From an uncultured Bacilli bacterium (GTDB lineage Bacteria; Bacillota_I; Bacilli_A; RF39; UBA660), in the NCBI GenBank assembly GCA_934101445.1, contig CAKORQ010000001.1:1-53324 (forward strand): a DNA stretch of 53,324 bases. The letters are read 5' to 3'. Position 1 is the first letter of the stretch. Each line of letters begins with the position of its first letter. Of the stretch, positions 52,045 through 53,324 are shown piece after piece. Below the pieces are notes generated by a model, which made no database searches, was not told the origin of the DNA, and saw only the letters and a program-made list of their open reading frames with translations. The position numbers and the translations under genes are program-made.

Positions 52045-53130
52045 GTTCATGGCTGCAACAAGCATAAAATTACATGGATAAACATAGCTTCCGCTTTTTC
52101 TGGTAATCACAATTTTCCCCTCTTCCATCGGCTGACGCAGCATATCAAGTGTCTGCCTCTTAAATTCAGGTAATTCATCTAAAAATAAAACTCCATGATT
52201 GGATAATGAAATAATTCCCGGACCCGGGATGATTCCGCCTCCCACAAGGGCCTGCGGCGTAATAGTATGATGTGGTGTCTGAAATGGTCGTTTACAGATA
52301 AAAGGACGCTTCTCATTTAACAGTCCCGCTACACTGTACACTTTGGATGTATCCAGCATTTCCTTTTCTTCCATTGGTGGCAGTATTCCACTCAATGCTG
52401 CGGCAATCATTGATTTTCCTGTTCCCGGCGGTCCGGTTAAAAGAAGATTGTGAAAACCGGCCGCTGCAATTTCTGCTGCTCGTTTTGCCATAGATTGTCC
52501 TATGATATCTGCAAAGTTTGGCGTAATATGCGTCTGCGATTTGTCTATAGGATCCGGAAAAGCCGTTTTTGCGGAAGTACCGGATACGATTTGGGGCATC
52601 TTAGTTTTCACCATAGATTCCCAGTTTTCAAAAATATCAAATAACCGGTACAGATCCCCCAACTCTATGATTCGAATTCCCTTTATATATTCCGCCTCAT
52701 GTCTGTTATCCGACGGTAAAATACATGTTTTGATTCCTTTTTCCTTCGCCGTAATTAAAACAGGCAAAATTCCGGGAACACCTCTGACCTGTCCATCCAG
52801 CCCTAGCTCCCCAATGGCGATCCACTGCTCATCCTTTGGCAACTCCACTACTCCCATTGTTGCCAGAATACCAATTGCAATTGGCAGATCAAAAGCGGTC
52901 CCGCCCTTCTTGATACCTGCCGGCGATAAATTGATCGTCACCCGCTTAGGCGGAATCGCATATCCAATGTTTTTCAATGCAACACGGACACGCTCGGACG
53001 ATTCCCGGACCTCATGACCAAGATTTCCAACCATGTCCATACACGGCAGACCATCCGCCATGTCAATTTCTGCCGTAACAAGGTATCCATCAACACCATT
53101 TACGGCACCTGTTAATACAGATTGAAACAT
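52045..53130 (-). pseudogene. comM: comM/yifB (Mg-chelatase-like AAA+ competence protein), 5' fragment truncated by prophage insertion
   Basis: Lon-like N-domain, Walker [18 protein letters not shown] and FMLVAAMN are all present. The frame then continues into unrelated sequence (IETCNLLF...) where full-length ComM has PCPCG... The rest of the protein is absent. Confidence 0.85.
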
Positions 53131-53175
53131 AAATTATTTTCTCCTTTTAAAATTGAAGTTTTTAATATATTTTAC

Positions 53176-53324
53176 GTTTTTTTCGCAGTTTCTTGTTTCC
53201 TTTCCCTGCTTCTCTTCATCCCGCCGGGTTTTTTTCCTGTTTTTTTCTTTCCTTGCCCTCGCTTCTTTATTTGTTCGGGTTTTTTTCGCAGTTTCTTGTT
53301 TTTTTGCCCTGCCTCTCTTTATCC
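53176..53324. repeat. About 51-bp tandem repeat x3 (outer copies near-identical, 103 bp apart) upstream of comM; runs off the window
   Basis: GTTTTTTTCGCAGTTTCTTGTT occurs at 53176 and 53279, each followed by a similar CT-rich tail. A degenerate copy lies between them. Confidence 0.7.

Noticed and set aside
52502-53017. 171-aa plus-strand ORF inside comM
   Set aside because: It is antisense to the clearly recognisable ComM frame.
1-53324. CRISPR arrays, tRNA/tmRNA and rRNA genes
   Set aside because: Reading the intergenic regions, I noticed no regularly spaced direct repeats with unique spacers and no cloverleaf-like or rRNA-like stretches. This was not verified with tRNAscan or Infernal.

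Overview
Overview: this 53.3-kb window is almost entirely one temperate, siphovirus-like prophage. It has an HK97-type head module and a long non-contractile tail, and the host looks like a Firmicutes/Clostridia-type bacterium. The prophage is transcribed mainly on the minus strand. It is inserted into the chromosomal comM/yifB (Mg-chelatase-like) gene, whose first ~362 codons stop abruptly at ~52045. The left end of the element runs off the window.

Gene order, right to left:
- comM 5' fragment.
- Cargo region: a SymE-like gene, a HIRAN gene, small orphan or immunity-like genes, a PDDEXK_4 nuclease pair, a type II C5 R-M pair, and an AT-rich operon (PLD nuclease / orphan / ImmA-HTH).
- Sigma-like regulator.
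- Replication module. The DUF2800-DUF2815-PolA arm is on the PLUS strand. The DUF4406-primase/helicase-VRR-NUC-SNF2 arm is on the minus strand.
- ArpU-like regulator, HNH, TerS.
- 6.3-kb cargo block: ParB-MTase, an oversized C5-MTase, and an amidoligase/GGCT cassette.
- TerL, portal, ClpP protease, major capsid protein (MCP), connectors.
- Tail module, with a solitary MazF-type toxin moron between the G/GT chaperone and the tape measure.
- Lysis genes.
- HTH/Zn-ribbon gene plus two tandem large serine recombinases.

I saw no rRNA, tRNA or CRISPR array.

Most interesting items:
- The uncharacterised PLD / 163-aa / ImmA-HTH operon.
- The antitoxin-less MazF moron.
- The amidoligase cassette, including a C-terminal module shared by two of its proteins.
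- A 41-bp inverted-repeat pair bracketing 212 bp at the divergent replication control region.
- The comM interruption.

Limits: all family assignments come from reading motifs in the supplied translations by eye. No HMM or BLAST search was run. Start codons were refined only where a clear RBS or overlap was visible.
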